Positions 38,201-48,038 of a DNA stretch of 57,852 nt are shown here, piece by piece (position 1 is the stretch's first letter; every line of letters begins with the position of its first letter). Both the position numbers and the translations under genes were made by a program. The notes under the pieces were generated by a model. That model had not been told where the DNA came from, made no database searches, and worked only from the letters and a program-made list of their open reading frames with translations. Location: the IMG/VR virus record IMGVR_UViG_3300037470_000433, positions 1-57,852 of that record. One strand, 5' to 3'. Source of the DNA: a virus (taxonomy: Duplodnaviria > Caudoviricetes).

Positions 38201-41200
38201 GCACCGTGGTCGGCGCGACGTCCCGCATCTGGGTCAGGTCGCGGACTGGGGCTGTCTTGGCCGGCGGTCCAACAGTGCGAGGACCTTCGGGCGCAAATTG
38301 TGCCAGGCTCTTTTTGACAAAGGCCGCCGCCGTTTGGGATGTTTCGAAGTTTTCATAAATCTCGCTGACCATCCGATCCATCACCTGCTCGGGGGTTAGT
38401 TCGGAATTCCGAGCTGCGATGGCGTCGTAAATCTTGCGGTAGCCGTTGATGACGACTCGTGAATGGTTGGACAACTCCCCGCGCTCCGCTTCATCAGCCA
38501 GGGCTACTAGGGCGTTTTCAACGTCTCCGGGCGAATCAAATATCCCCACCTCGTCCTGAATATGGTCCAGCATGGCGCTGGCCTCGTTGTCGGTCAGCTT
38601 GGCGGCGGTTTCCATCGCCCGCCCGCCCTGAACTTGGGCCACAATGTCCTTTGCTGGGCCCATGAACGACCCGCCTTCACCTTCAATTCCCGCACCGCCC
38701 TGCCCGGAATCTGGGGTATCAACCTCAAAGTCGCCCGGCGCAGGCCCTTCAGGCACAATCTCCCAGTCCCCAATCCGTGCACGGTCGGACGCCTCACGAC
38801 CGAACTGGTCATTGAACTCCGACACCGACTTGAACTGCTGTTTGAACCCCTGGATGGGATCGGTCAGCAGGATGGAGGCAAAGGGGCGGAACTGCTTCAG
38901 GAACGCAGCGTCCAGGACCTGGTGTGGGCGATGGCGCATCCCAGTGCCCAGCGGGGATACCACGCGCTGGACTCCAGCGTCATTGTAGGTGGACAGCAGG
39001 TAGGCCTGGCCCTGCGCGTCAGCGACGGCTACCAGGCGTCGGGAGGCTGATTCCGGGTCAGAGGAGCTACCGCGTGCCCCGTCCCTTAAAATGGCGTACA
39101 GGCGCTTGATGTTGGTCAGGTCAGACCTCTGGATGTTGGTGTAGGGGCTGAACGTGATCAGCTCGTTCCCGAAATCCACGTCGTCCACCGTGACGGTGTT
39201 GCGACTGATGTCGGGACGACCATCGTGCGACTCCTCGATCAGCCGGTTGGCCAGGGCGTCAATCAGAGTGAGGCGGTAGCGGCGCTTGGCGGAGGCGCGC
39301 TTGGCCGTCTCTGTCATTCGGGTGGCTGCCAGCTTGCGCCAGTCAATGGTGGCCTCGCCGGCCTCCTGGGCGGTCGCCATTCGCTCTGAGCGATACTTGG
39401 GGCGGTCCTGATCGTCCTGCGCCGCCGTCGTTGGGTCAACCACTGCCGCCGTGCCGTAGTTGTTCTCCATTCCCAGCGCCCTGCGCCAGGACTCCAGCCG
39501 GGCACCGCTGGCATTCATCAGACTGGACCACACTGAATCCTCCCATGCCTCCCGCAGCTTGGCAGGAGCAACGGCCCGCATGCCCTTACCAGTGAAGGAA
39601 TCAACGAACGCCTGGAAGGTGGGGCGGTTGAACTTGGGCGATGGGAAACGCTCCTTGGCGGCAGCCTCAGCGGCCTGCTCTGGGGTCAGCGGTTTCGCGG
39701 GCGCAGGCTTGGGCTTGCGCGCCGCCATCGGCTTGACTGAGATGTCGCCGCTCAGCACCTCTTGGGCGTTGCGGGTAACGTCGGCTGGCGTCGGCGTGAT
39801 GAACCCAAACGTCTCGGGAGCTTCGCGATCTTCAGGTGCAACCGGCGCATCCACTGAGCCGGAGGCTGGTCCGGTTTTGCTTTGCAGCTCAGGCGGCAGC
39901 TCCTCGCCTTTGGCTTTGGCTCGCATCTCAGCAATGCGGCGCATCTGCTCGGCAATCTCCTGGCCGCGCTTGGACGGACCACCGCGACGGATGGCGGCGG
40001 GGAAGGATTGCTCGTCGTCGCCGGGAGGGCGACTCAAGAAGTAGTCGTCAACGCTTTCCGCCATACGCTCCAGCCATTGCATGGCAGAGACGTTTGCATC
40101 ATCACTCGGAACCCCAGGACCGATAACAGTGCGGCGCGCTCCATTCTCGTCTGTTTCTTCCACCACCTGCCCGGGGTAATCCTGCCGAATCCTTTCAATC
40201 ACTACGGAGTGAATTTTATCGTAGGCTTCATTGAACGCCTCAAACATGGGCTTCAGTCCGATCTGCGTCTGCGGCGCGTCCGGGGTGGTTGCCTTGAAGA
40301 AGTAGTCCTGAAGTTTTTGAACTGCCGACTTGGGGTTGTCATGTACCTCAGTGGTCGTGATCTTCGGCGGGTCGGGCAAGCGCCGCAGCGTGGCGGCCAG
40401 GTCGTAAACCTCCTGCTCGATTGGCTCTGACGGCTTGGCCTTCTTCGCCTGGTCCGGAGTGATCTCGTAAACATTCGGCGTTCCGTTGCCTTTGCCTTGG
40501 GCGCGTTTGCGTGCGGCGGCGGCCTCCTCGCGGCTGAGTGTCACCTCTTGGATGTTGCCGCCGAACCGGGCCGCATATTTCGGGTCAGAAGTCCAGAACG
40601 TGCCGCCAGCGGTGGAGTCATCTGATCCCCGGTAGAGCCGCAGGGTGGCCGGCGCATCCTCCATCTCGATCCCCATCTCGGCTCCGTGCTCAGCCATCCA
40701 TTTGCGTGCCCCCGGATTCTCGTTCACGTCGAGCGGGCGCGGGCCATAGTTATTGCCAGGAGTGCCCTCAATCCACCCGCCAGTGCTGGTCGCCGCCTCC
40801 ACCGCTTCACGCGGGAACTGGACGCGCCCCATCAGGTTGAACATCTCCTTGCTCTCATCCGCCGTCAGGCTCTCCCCCGAGCTGCGCTTGGCACGCAGGG
40901 CCTTGAGCCGACTGCGCATCTTGTTGTTCAGCGAGAGCAGCGCGTTCAGGTCGTCCACGCTCTTGAGTGCGAGCCCGGTCTTGACGGCAGTTGCAACGCC
41001 AGGGTCGTCGGAGCGGCTGGCGATGCGGCCCTCTGGATTGATGATGGCCTGAATGAAGGTGTTCACCTCGGGCACGGCGTTGCCAGGGATGCGCAGGGTC
41101 GCTGAGAAGTCCTGGTCAGCCCGCTTGTCGCGCTCCACGCGCAGGAAGCGCAGCTCGTCCTGGTCGGCATCGCTCAGCACGCCCTCCTGGCTCTTGGCGT

Positions 41201-43178
41201 TCAGCTCGGAAATCCGAGCATCCATGTCCGGGCCGCTGATGGTGTTCAGCCGCTCAGCGCGCTCCTCGGCCTCAATGCGAGCCACGCGCTCCTCGCGCAG
41301 TTTTGCGATGCGCTTCTCGGCGGCGCGGGTCATGACTGCCGGGTCGTCAGACCCAGCCTCCATGCCAGCGGCAATCTTGAGGCCCTCTTTGACGTTCTTC
41401 TCCACCTGATCCAGCGCAGCGAGCTGTTCCTTGCTGGCCTTAGTTCCAAGCGCCTTGCGGATGTCGAAGATGGCGTCCTCGGTGGCCAGCAGAATCTTGG
41501 TGGTGAGCTGACCAGACTTCACCGTGGCCGCCAGCTCAGTGCGAGTGATGCCGCGCATGCGCTGAATCTGCGAGCGAAGCATCTCATGGCCGAGCTGGCG
41601 CTTGCTGAGATTCCCAACTTGAGGCTTTCCGCTGATGTTCCCGGTGTATCGCCAGCCGGCCAGGAACTTCTCGATACCGGTGGCGCTGGAGATGAACTTG
41701 TCAGCAGTCTCGCGTGGCGTCGCCAGATGGATTTGCTCCTCGGACAGGGCCGCCTTGATGTAAGCCTTGCGCTGATCAGGGCTCATGCCCTGCATCTGCA
41801 TCGCCAGCTCAAATGGATTGACCTCCACCTTGCCAGTGATGGTGTTGGCCCTCATGACCTGCCCGGTGAACGGATCATCAGGGTTATCCCCAATGGTGTA
41901 GCTGGACTCCAGCCCCATGCCCACCCGCTCCTGCTCCAGGTAGTCCACATCTTGAGCGCTCAGCCCAGACTCGGACACGTTGCGCAACTGCTGCAACCGT
42001 TGAGCGGACTCGGCATCCAGCTTGTTGTCCTTCTCCATCTGCTGGAGCTGATGGAACTCCTCAGCCACCTTTGCTGGCTCACGAGCTGGCTGGTCAAGCC
42101 GGACTCCTGACAGGTCCTGGGGTTGATCTATCTCGGAATTCCGAGGTCGCCCGGCGGAGGGCATGGCGTTGCGCACCGCGCTGGCGCTGCCGCCCACGAT
42201 GCCACCCACCGCACCGGCGATCAGAACTTCGTTGATGGAATCTTCCAGGCGCTTGCCGGGGTTGTTGTCGTGGCGCTCCAGGATGTCCTGACCCATCTGG
42301 TCAATCATCTCCTCGGGGATTTCATGGCCAGCCTGGATGAACACATCCTTCAGGCGGGCCTTGATGCCGCCGATGCCCTGGCTGCGCAGGATGGATTCAG
42401 CCCCGGTCGCACCAAAGGCCCGCGTGGTCATGGCGGTGATGATGCCGCTCAGGATGGCTCGGGGAGCGGCCTCGGCCACGGAGCGGCCCTCGCCGCGATC
42501 CTGGGCATATTGCTGCGTGCCGCCCAGGAAGCCTGCCGTTCCGGAGGCGATCTTCAGGGCCTGCTCGACATTGCGAGCCCCAGCCGCCGGCAGCATCTGG
42601 TATGGCAGCTCGGCCGCACCACGCGCAGACCCTTCAAGAATCTGATAGGGGACAGTGTTGCCATGAACTGCCTCGTCAGAGATGGCCATGCGGCGTTCTT
42701 TCTCGGCAATCTGTCGCAGCACCGCCTCTGTATTGCTCTGCCAGCCACCCTCTGGGCCGATGAAGTCCACTGCGTCCAGCACCCTGGCAAGGCCGGTGAT
42801 GTCCTGAAGCGATGCAAGGGTCTTGGCTGGCAGGTGGCCCGCCTTGGTGAAGCCGCTGCTTAGAGCGGTGGCTGCCTTGAGGCCGGTGGGGATTTCTGCA
42901 ACTCCTGCCTCCTTGCGGAAGGCTTCCAGGCGAGCATCCTCGGCAGCCTGCTTCTGACCGTAGGGGTCGGCCACTTCCGGATAGGGCGCAAAGTCAGCGC
43001 CGAACACGCCGCGCTCAGTTGGGGCGGCCTCTGGAACTTCGTCCTGGTAAGGCTTCCAGCCAGGCTGGAAAACCCCGGGCTCGATTGGAGCAGCAGGGAG
43101 GGTCGCTTTCGGTTGCTCCACCAGCTCGTAATCGCCCTCCTCCTCGACCAGCTCGTAATCATCCAAATTGATCGGCAT
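35289..43178 (-). CDS. Giant (2629 aa) internal virion / polyvalent-type protein
   Basis: Last gene of the virion operon after two smaller ejection-like proteins; modular, with a repeated (P/S/A)ATLR linker. Confidence 0.65.
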   Translation of the reverse strand: MPINLDDYELVEEEGDYELVEQPKATLPAAPIEPGVFQPGWKPYQDEVPEAAPTERGVFGADFAPYPEVADPYGQKQAAEDARLEAFRKEAGVAEIPTGLKAATALSSGFTKAGHLPAKTLASLQDITGLARVLDAVDFIGPEGGWQSNTEAVLRQIAEKERRMAISDEAVHGNTVPYQILEGSARGAAELPYQMLPAAGARNVEQALKIASGTAGFLGGTQQYAQDRGEGRSVAEAAPRAILSGIITAMTTRAFGATGAESILRSQGIGGIKARLKDVFIQAGHEIPEEMIDQMGQDILERHDNNPGKRLEDSINEVLIAGAVGGIVGGSASAVRNAMPSAGRPRNSEIDQPQDLSGVRLDQPAREPAKVAEEFHQLQQMEKDNKLDAESAQRLQQLRNVSESGLSAQDVDYLEQERVGMGLESSYTIGDNPDDPFTGQVMRANTITGKVEVNPFELAMQMQGMSPDQRKAYIKAALSEEQIHLATPRETADKFISSATGIEKFLAGWRYTGNISGKPQVGNLSKRQLGHEMLRSQIQRMRGITRTELAATVKSGQLTTKILLATEDAIFDIRKALGTKASKEQLAALDQVEKNVKEGLKIAAGMEAGSDDPAVMTRAAEKRIAKLREERVARIEAEERAERLNTISGPDMDARISELNAKSQEGVLSDADQDELRFLRVERDKRADQDFSATLRIPGNAVPEVNTFIQAIINPEGRIASRSDDPGVATAVKTGLALKSVDDLNALLSLNNKMRSRLKALRAKRSSGESLTADESKEMFNLMGRVQFPREAVEAATSTGGWIEGTPGNNYGPRPLDVNENPGARKWMAEHGAEMGIEMEDAPATLRLYRGSDDSTAGGTFWTSDPKYAARFGGNIQEVTLSREEAAAARKRAQGKGNGTPNVYEITPDQAKKAKPSEPIEQEVYDLAATLRRLPDPPKITTTEVHDNPKSAVQKLQDYFFKATTPDAPQTQIGLKPMFEAFNEAYDKIHSVVIERIRQDYPGQVVEETDENGARRTVIGPGVPSDDANVSAMQWLERMAESVDDYFLSRPPGDDEQSFPAAIRRGGPSKRGQEIAEQMRRIAEMRAKAKGEELPPELQSKTGPASGSVDAPVAPEDREAPETFGFITPTPADVTRNAQEVLSGDISVKPMAARKPKPAPAKPLTPEQAAEAAAKERFPSPKFNRPTFQAFVDSFTGKGMRAVAPAKLREAWEDSVWSSLMNASGARLESWRRALGMENNYGTAAVVDPTTAAQDDQDRPKYRSERMATAQEAGEATIDWRKLAATRMTETAKRASAKRRYRLTLIDALANRLIEESHDGRPDISRNTVTVDDVDFGNELITFSPYTNIQRSDLTNIKRLYAILRDGARGSSSDPESASRRLVAVADAQGQAYLLSTYNDAGVQRVVSPLGTGMRHRPHQVLDAAFLKQFRPFASILLTDPIQGFKQQFKSVSEFNDQFGREASDRARIGDWEIVPEGPAPGDFEVDTPDSGQGGAGIEGEGGSFMGPAKDIVAQVQGGRAMETAAKLTDNEASAMLDHIQDEVGIFDSPGDVENALVALADEAERGELSNHSRVVINGYRKIYDAIAARNSELTPEQVMDRMVSEIYENFETSQTAAAFVKKSLAQFAPEGPRTVGPPAKTAPVRDLTQMRDVAPTTVRGLQGPAMPPEVAGRLRGAPPVNPAESDAERAAREKFIQERSQAVGYTRPLSEMSKEEWSKQAEREAQAAGGKQLAELRSKEGAFKVRNRIIRKYGARPTIEQAQQIFDQNFPEEGQFPATLRRRAGPTITNLIRDFGSSYDSWMVDRIERHGSPLAIEAAEAFRKIIDRQKKLYGELTPNLDPAKRAAGGNRMPVPAPARASPLQRTLAFLSKIDPIRVSPRHLKGMKWLNEPQPYPEAKFVAATRVVGAMEGTLRGVPIEASEVITPAQVSNLEIGRLFMRVVPSFKAGGLFQRNINAAAYEVIRTGPRPKPEGKEPEAPGLWEKWTAGLARINKLPIAGVREFFMEWKGMLDTPGIDATSIERFNQDFSRRFPKVVTHIRHNGHWQPVVHSDLFGYLESSAQRASHAVAFREVFPFNPAGQEKLKELVKGLNRGLPANYQKDLQAFIASLQGHPTDDYSGREFFGSTQVGGTSLRLFNQTIGNLMARLALSGQLFVQPGEVIAGATPAFLGYKAYLRGLAQIKQLYPEMERAGMVNRVIYDFAYDSKSPVRSAFKISSNAISKIFVEQAFNELQEAGAAAAARITAQDITSGNLTDWQKRMLPQTFKAMGFNQDEVMGLMQGDPDLLGQFERKASAFLTSGNKAIAEGSRLGANRLFNSIFRFHSYPMMKLNQFRRVLMAASEAWLEGGNAWEKRTSTEQLARFLFGTAAQGVLTVGITSLFFSGIKGLELKLEEAKDDPMEFLTEAFLATLSGPMYIIWRGLNAKGILGVGESVTRTAFPYTITTDLIDFGQQAGKYRDLSTFDRIGKFASSKIPGTKAIRTVLSWVGLSQNDQYLDASIDAFKRWRRDYEGFKEVRDFSDTDVRADFRVEIKKAVEALKDGKADEFYEAWQKASEVLLTLENGGSMTEAFTRSKILKKVNGAKLTDEDVEALRARIGDDAYQRLEYFDLMLEEAAKGVILPKFDE

Positions 43179-43179
43179 C

Positions 43180-44202
43180 TTATTGCTCCTCGTCGGGAAC
43201 GAACTCCCCGTTAATTATGCGCCCAAGCTGGCCGGTGCGCTTGTCGCGAACCGGCTTGCCTTCGTAGTCCTGCAACTTCGGCGCTGGGTCGGAAGTCGGC
43301 TTCGTTGCAGTCATGGCGGCGATCTTGTCCTGAGTTTCGGTGATCTGTTTCATGCGCTGCACATAGGCGGCCTTGAATTGCTTCTGGCCGCCTTTCAACT
43401 CCTTGTCCGGAGTCTGATAAGCGAGCGCGCCCTTCTCATCCTTCTCGTGTGCCAACTCCAACCGATCACGCTTTTTGCGCAGGTCTTTCACCTCTTGCGG
43501 CTCGTCCAATCGGTACACCTTGTTGCCGCGCTCCACGAATCCTGGCATCCCCTCGATTGGCTTGACCTGGGTGTCCTCCTCCATGCTCTTGGGAAGCTGT
43601 ATGAGCTGGCGGGAGCGGGGGCCGGTCTGCCCCCATGCGTAATCCTTGATCGGACTTCCGTCTGGCCCTATGACCTTCTGCAACGATCCGTAATCCGCCC
43701 CAGCCGCCTGTCCGCCAGGCTGCAACATTTCACCATAGGCCGCCGCCGGGATTCCGCCCATCTGCGGGCCGAACTTCCTTGCGGCATTCTGGAATGCCTC
43801 ATTGATGTCCATGCCCCCGGAAGTCAGCGATGCCATCTCTTTTTCGAAGCCTTGCTGCGCTTGGAACTGCTGCGCTGCTTCCTGAGTCTTGAGCCCGACG
43901 ATCTGCTCAGCCTGGTCAAGCTCGCGCCGCTTCAGTCCAAGCTGGGCCTGCTGGTACTGCTCCTTGACGCGCAGCTCCTGCTCGTCGCGCAGCGCCTGCG
44001 ACTGGAGCGCCTGGCTGCGCGCCGATGCCGCCATGCTCGCCTGAGCCATGTCGGCCTGAATCTTCTCGCGCCCAAGCTGCAACTGGTTGGCCGCCTCCCT
44101 GGCAGCCGAGATGATGCTGGCCATGTTGTTGGCGGCGCCGATAAACGCGCTGCCGATTCCAGGCGTTCCCGCGAACCCAGTGAATGATTTAACGGTTGGC
44201 AT
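43180..44202 (-). CDS. Putative internal virion (ejection) protein
   Basis: Gln/Ala-rich coiled coil; position in the operon. Confidence 0.5.
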   Translation of the reverse strand: MPTVKSFTGFAGTPGIGSAFIGAANNMASIISAAREAANQLQLGREKIQADMAQASMAASARSQALQSQALRDEQELRVKEQYQQAQLGLKRRELDQAEQIVGLKTQEAAQQFQAQQGFEKEMASLTSGGMDINEAFQNAARKFGPQMGGIPAAAYGEMLQPGGQAAGADYGSLQKVIGPDGSPIKDYAWGQTGPRSRQLIQLPKSMEEDTQVKPIEGMPGFVERGNKVYRLDEPQEVKDLRKKRDRLELAHEKDEKGALAYQTPDKELKGGQKQFKAAYVQRMKQITETQDKIAAMTATKPTSDPAPKLQDYEGKPVRDKRTGQLGRIINGEFVPDEEQ

Positions 44203-44208
44203 GATGTT

Positions 44209-44775
44209 TTACGACCACTTGTTGGTCTTTCGGAACCCGTAATTCCTAGTGGCCCCTTGCGACCACTGGTTATAGGTTGATCCGGGATCGTTGGTGTCCA
44301 AAACTGCCGCTGAAGCTCTGCCTGCCCTGGCCGCATCCAGCTCTTGCTGCCCCAGCACCGTCGGAACGTAAAGCGACATTGGATTCCATATCTCCGGCAC
44401 GGGCGTGTCAGCGATGGCTTGGGTGAGCCCTTGTGAGCCCTGCTGCTGCATCTGGAGTGAGTTCAGCCCCAGCGCTCGCAGCATTGCACTGTTGGCGTTG
44501 TTCGAGCCGGAAGCTCCAGTCATGATCCCCCGCTCGGCCCCCTGTTGCATGATCTGGTTCAGCACGTCCTGCGGCAGCTCGCCCTCCAGTTGCTGTCCGA
44601 TGTTCTCGCTGCGCTGTCCGACCATGTTGGCGTAGTTCGGCAAGTTGGCCAGATATGGCGCAACCGCCTGACCGGTCATGAACTGGTTTACGCCTGACGC
44701 CAGATCGGAATAAGGGGCGCCGGTTGAGCCAGTGGCTGGCAGTGCTGCGGGCGGAACGTAGTCGAGGTATGCCAT
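44209..44775 (-). CDS. Putative internal virion (ejection) protein
   Basis: Gln/Gly/Ala-rich; position in the operon. Confidence 0.5.
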   Translation of the reverse strand: MAYLDYVPPAALPATGSTGAPYSDLASGVNQFMTGQAVAPYLANLPNYANMVGQRSENIGQQLEGELPQDVLNQIMQQGAERGIMTGASGSNNANSAMLRALGLNSLQMQQQGSQGLTQAIADTPVPEIWNPMSLYVPTVLGQQELDAARAGRASAAVLDTNDPGSTYNQWSQGATRNYGFRKTNKWS

Positions 44776-44785
44776 AAAATTCCTT

Positions 44786-45841
44786 TCAAATTAGACTGCC
44801 GATGCGACGGCGACTTAGCCGTGCGCTTCCGAATGGAGCGAACCCAACGGCCACGCTCTCCTTGCCGATGTAATGCGCCAGCTCGCCGTTGAGTAGCCCA
44901 ATGGCGTGCTCGTGTCGCTCCCGCGCCATCTGCTTGGCGGCCTGGGTGTCCATCTCGTCATACCGCACCGACTGGCATTCCGCAATGATTGCCTGGCGAT
45001 TCTGAATGAGAAGCCAGTCAGTGTCCACCCTGACAGGGATCGGCTCCAGCTTCGCGATGGCAGTCACCTGCACAGTGGTGTCATCCGTTGCTCCTGGAGC
45101 AGCGCAGCATCCGCACGGTAAGTTCGAGAAGTAGTAGCGACGGTAGGAGGCGGTCATCTCGCCCGGCTCCATGGTCAGCAGCAGCACCTCGTCGCCGGTG
45201 TTGGGATCGTGCTGATAGATGCGCACCTGCCCCACCGTGATGTCTTTCTGGATGCCTTGCAGATCGCTCAATGTCATCGCAGTCATAACCGACGGGCTGG
45301 CCAGTGCCAGGAACACGCCAGTCACCTGGTTCTCGTTATCCTGCGAGTAGATGGTCGCTCCATCAGCATCCAGGCCCTGGATCAAGATGCGCTTGCCGAT
45401 GTCTTGAGCGTCAGTGAGGTAAACCGAAATGAACTGCGGTGCGCTGGTCATCTCGGTGAACACGACCGCATTGTTGCGGGAGTATGCCTCCTTGATCTCC
45501 GGCCCAGCGCAGCGGCGGTCAGTCTTGGGCATGCGTCCGTTTCCAAACGACAGATACTCGTAGAACTGGTTCTGGACCGGGATGGGCTTGTTGCAGACAT
45601 TGATCACCTCAAGCCGCGCCACCTCACGCGGCAGAGTGATGTAGGGCTGCGCGCGGCTGACGTTGAACACGATCTCAGCGAACGTGTTGAACCACCCTTC
45701 TTCTCCTGACTCCTTGGCGTAAATGAGCCTTTCTTGTGCTGTATTCACAGCCTCGGCCACGCCATTAACGTCAGATTGGCACAGACCGATCAGCCCTGGA
45801 AGGCGGCTCATTCTCAAATCATATAACCTCAGTCTTTGCAT
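44786..45841 (-). CDS. Putative head-to-tail adaptor / tail tubular protein (start revised to MQRLRLYDL)
   Basis: 'AVNTAQERL…W…ITLPREV', typical of adaptor proteins; position in the tail module. Confidence 0.55.
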   Translation of the reverse strand: MQRLRLYDLRMSRLPGLIGLCQSDVNGVAEAVNTAQERLIYAKESGEEGWFNTFAEIVFNVSRAQPYITLPREVARLEVINVCNKPIPVQNQFYEYLSFGNGRMPKTDRRCAGPEIKEAYSRNNAVVFTEMTSAPQFISVYLTDAQDIGKRILIQGLDADGATIYSQDNENQVTGVFLALASPSVMTAMTLSDLQGIQKDITVGQVRIYQHDPNTGDEVLLLTMEPGEMTASYRRYYFSNLPCGCCAAPGATDDTTVQVTAIAKLEPIPVRVDTDWLLIQNRQAIIAECQSVRYDEMDTQAAKQMARERHEHAIGLLNGELAHYIGKESVAVGFAPFGSARLSRRRIGSLI

Positions 45842-45869
45842 ACGGTTGACACTTTCATTTTGATGGGCG

Positions 45870-46388
45870 ATGTTCCCACTTGTTATGGTATCCAAAACCC
45901 CACCCGAAATACGATTCTGGCGAAAAGTTCAAAAAGGCGACCCATCCGAATGCTGGATTTGGCTCGGCGAGAGGACCATCAAGAACTACGGAAGGTTCAC
46001 TGAGTTTCCGGCGAGAAAGACAAAAACGCGCAGCAAGCCAAGCCCCGAAATGGCCCACAGGCTCGCATGGAAATACACCAACGGCCTGATTCCGTCCGGC
46101 CTTGAATGCTGTCACAAGTGCGACAATCCAGCGTGCGTAAATCCGTCCCACCTTTTCCTTGGAACGCATAAACAGAACATGGAGGACATGGCGCAAAAGG
46201 GCCGCGCAGCCACCCTCAAGGGCGAGCTTCATGGTGAAGCCAAGCTCACAGACAGGGCTGTTGTTGAAATCCGATCCATGTACCGACCGGGGGTTGTGTC
46301 CTACGCCAGGCTGGCTTCCTTGTTCAAGGTGAGTAAAAAGCTGATCCTTCTTGTGGTCCAGCGCAAGGCGTGGAAGCACATCCCGTAA
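45870..46388 (+). CDS. HNH homing endonuclease, antisense to the tail operon
   Basis: 'RFWRKV…ECWIW…AHRLAW…[19 protein letters not shown]'. Confidence 0.92.
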   Translation: MFPLVMVSKTPPEIRFWRKVQKGDPSECWIWLGERTIKNYGRFTEFPARKTKTRSKPSPEMAHRLAWKYTNGLIPSGLECCHKCDNPACVNPSHLFLGTHKQNMEDMAQKGRAATLKGELHGEAKLTDRAVVEIRSMYRPGVVSYARLASLFKVSKKLILLVVQRKAWKHIP

Positions 46389-46436
46389 GCCAGGCAGCCG
46401 ACTCATGCGCATGTCGTAGAGTCTGAGTTTTTGCAT
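46386..46436 (-). repeat. Orphaned 17-codon duplicate of the adaptor gene 5' end
   Basis: [17 protein letters not shown] here versus [17 protein letters not shown] at 45791-45841. Confidence 0.85.
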
Positions 46437-46451
46437 AAGGTTGTGAGGTGT

Positions 46452-47945
46452 TTATGGGGTGTTGGAAAATGTTCCTTCAATAATTCCAGTCTCGCACCCG
46501 CCGGGCTGCATGGTTGATCCGACAAATATCGGGATCGTGCCACCCGCTGTGTCCGGTAGCGAGAATGGGAAATCGTACGCACCAGGAGGATTGGCGCCTA
46601 CCTGGAAATTGATGACCGTAACGCCGTCAACGTCAACCTGCACGCCGCCAAAGGATGCGTCTCCGTCCCAGTCTATGTGGAGGTTGCAATTACAGCCTGT
46701 TCCGGAGTAGTCCATGCCTCCCACCACCTGCGATTGACCAAAATTACAGTCTCCGTCACCAGCAGACACTAAAAAATAACCGGACTGCGCTGGCACTGGG
46801 CAGGGAAACGCAACCCCCGATCCGTTCTGAGTGCATGATGTCCATGCAAGCTCATCCCAGTTGGGACAATCCGCAGACTCAACTAGCAGCGCAAACTGCT
46901 TGTCACAGCTAATCAGGCCGTTTGAAATGCGCACTGTGAACACCGCCTCCTCAGCCGTGGTCGGAGTTCCTGATATTTCGCCAGTTGACGAATTAAGTGA
47001 GAGGCCATCCGGGAGCGCGCCAGCGATGACAACATATGTGACCGGCTGCGATTCAGCCCCGGCGGCGACCAGCGTTTCAGAATACGCCTCGTCAACCGCT
47101 CCAATCGGCAGAGCTTCGTCGTTCACGATCCCGAAGATTGAAATCGTGATAGCCTTCTCTACGAACGAGCCAGTGCTGTCGGTTGCCCGCAGCAGGAGAG
47201 CATAATCTCCAGGAGTTGTCGGAGTCCCATTCAGGAACAGCGTGTTCGTGTTTTGCGATGGAGTGATCCCGGGAGGCAGATCGCCAGACTGGAACGTGAA
47301 CGTGATTGGCAGATTGGAGGACGACACGCTGATGGATGAGCTGTAACTCGCCCCAGAGCAGATGCGTTCCAGCGGAGCTGGCCCAAAGCAGGATTGATTG
47401 TCCACTGCCAGGGTGCAGGCATACGAGTGCGCTGCCGCGTCTGCTGCGGCCTGTGAGAAGGCTGAGAACAATCCTGCCGGAACTGTGTAGGTGTAGGTCG
47501 AACCATCTGGGCAGGTGAAATCACACGACTGCTGTTGGTTCATGAATACCGGGCGCGGTGTGATGATCGGCGGCTCAGGCGGGGTGGGTGGATCGCCGGG
47601 GTTTGGTGGCACGTTTGGATTGGGCACCACACTCGTGGGCCACTCATTGCCGGTGCACTCGACTGCCTGCTGCGCCGCCAGAAGGTCAGCGTCAGCTTGC
47701 GACACGTTTGAGATCGCAAAACCCAAACAGCCCACCGAATACCACACCGAGCCCAACGGCGGATTTCCGAGCCCGGACGGCGTGAAGCGGCGCGAGATGA
47801 ACAGATCAACATCAGGTGCTTCGCTGGACAGGTTGGCGAACGGGTTCGACGGATTGTTCGGAGACAGTCCGAGAAACTCCGCCCCCGGAGGAGGCGGAGG
47901 GCATTCAATGCAAGGCTTGGCGCATGGAAATGTGGCCACGCCCAA
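46452..47945 (-). CDS. Cys/Pro-rich structural protein with two putative Ig (He_PIG-like) domains
   Basis: 'SGDLPPGI…GTPTTPGDY…ATDS' and 'GALPDGLSLNSSTGEISGTPT'. Confidence 0.7.
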   Translation of the reverse strand: MGVATFPCAKPCIECPPPPPGAEFLGLSPNNPSNPFANLSSEAPDVDLFISRRFTPSGLGNPPLGSVWYSVGCLGFAISNVSQADADLLAAQQAVECTGNEWPTSVVPNPNVPPNPGDPPTPPEPPIITPRPVFMNQQQSCDFTCPDGSTYTYTVPAGLFSAFSQAAADAAAHSYACTLAVDNQSCFGPAPLERICSGASYSSSISVSSSNLPITFTFQSGDLPPGITPSQNTNTLFLNGTPTTPGDYALLLRATDSTGSFVEKAITISIFGIVNDEALPIGAVDEAYSETLVAAGAESQPVTYVVIAGALPDGLSLNSSTGEISGTPTTAEEAVFTVRISNGLISCDKQFALLVESADCPNWDELAWTSCTQNGSGVAFPCPVPAQSGYFLVSAGDGDCNFGQSQVVGGMDYSGTGCNCNLHIDWDGDASFGGVQVDVDGVTVINFQVGANPPGAYDFPFSLPDTAGGTIPIFVGSTMQPGGCETGIIEGTFSNTP

Positions 47946-48038
47946 CCTTTACACCATGAAGGCTCTGTGGTAAAACTAAATTGCCCTCGCGATGTTTGAG
48001 CATCCGAAGGCGCGGCAAACAATCAAAACGACTGACTG

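Noticed and set aside
45842-46385. Group I intron in the adaptor gene
   Set aside because: The endonuclease is antisense and fills the interval, no ribozyme core was recognised, and the downstream copy has its own start
45855-46436. 193-aa minus-strand ORF as a real gene
   Set aside because: Only the first 17 codons are meaningful; the rest is the antisense of the HNH gene
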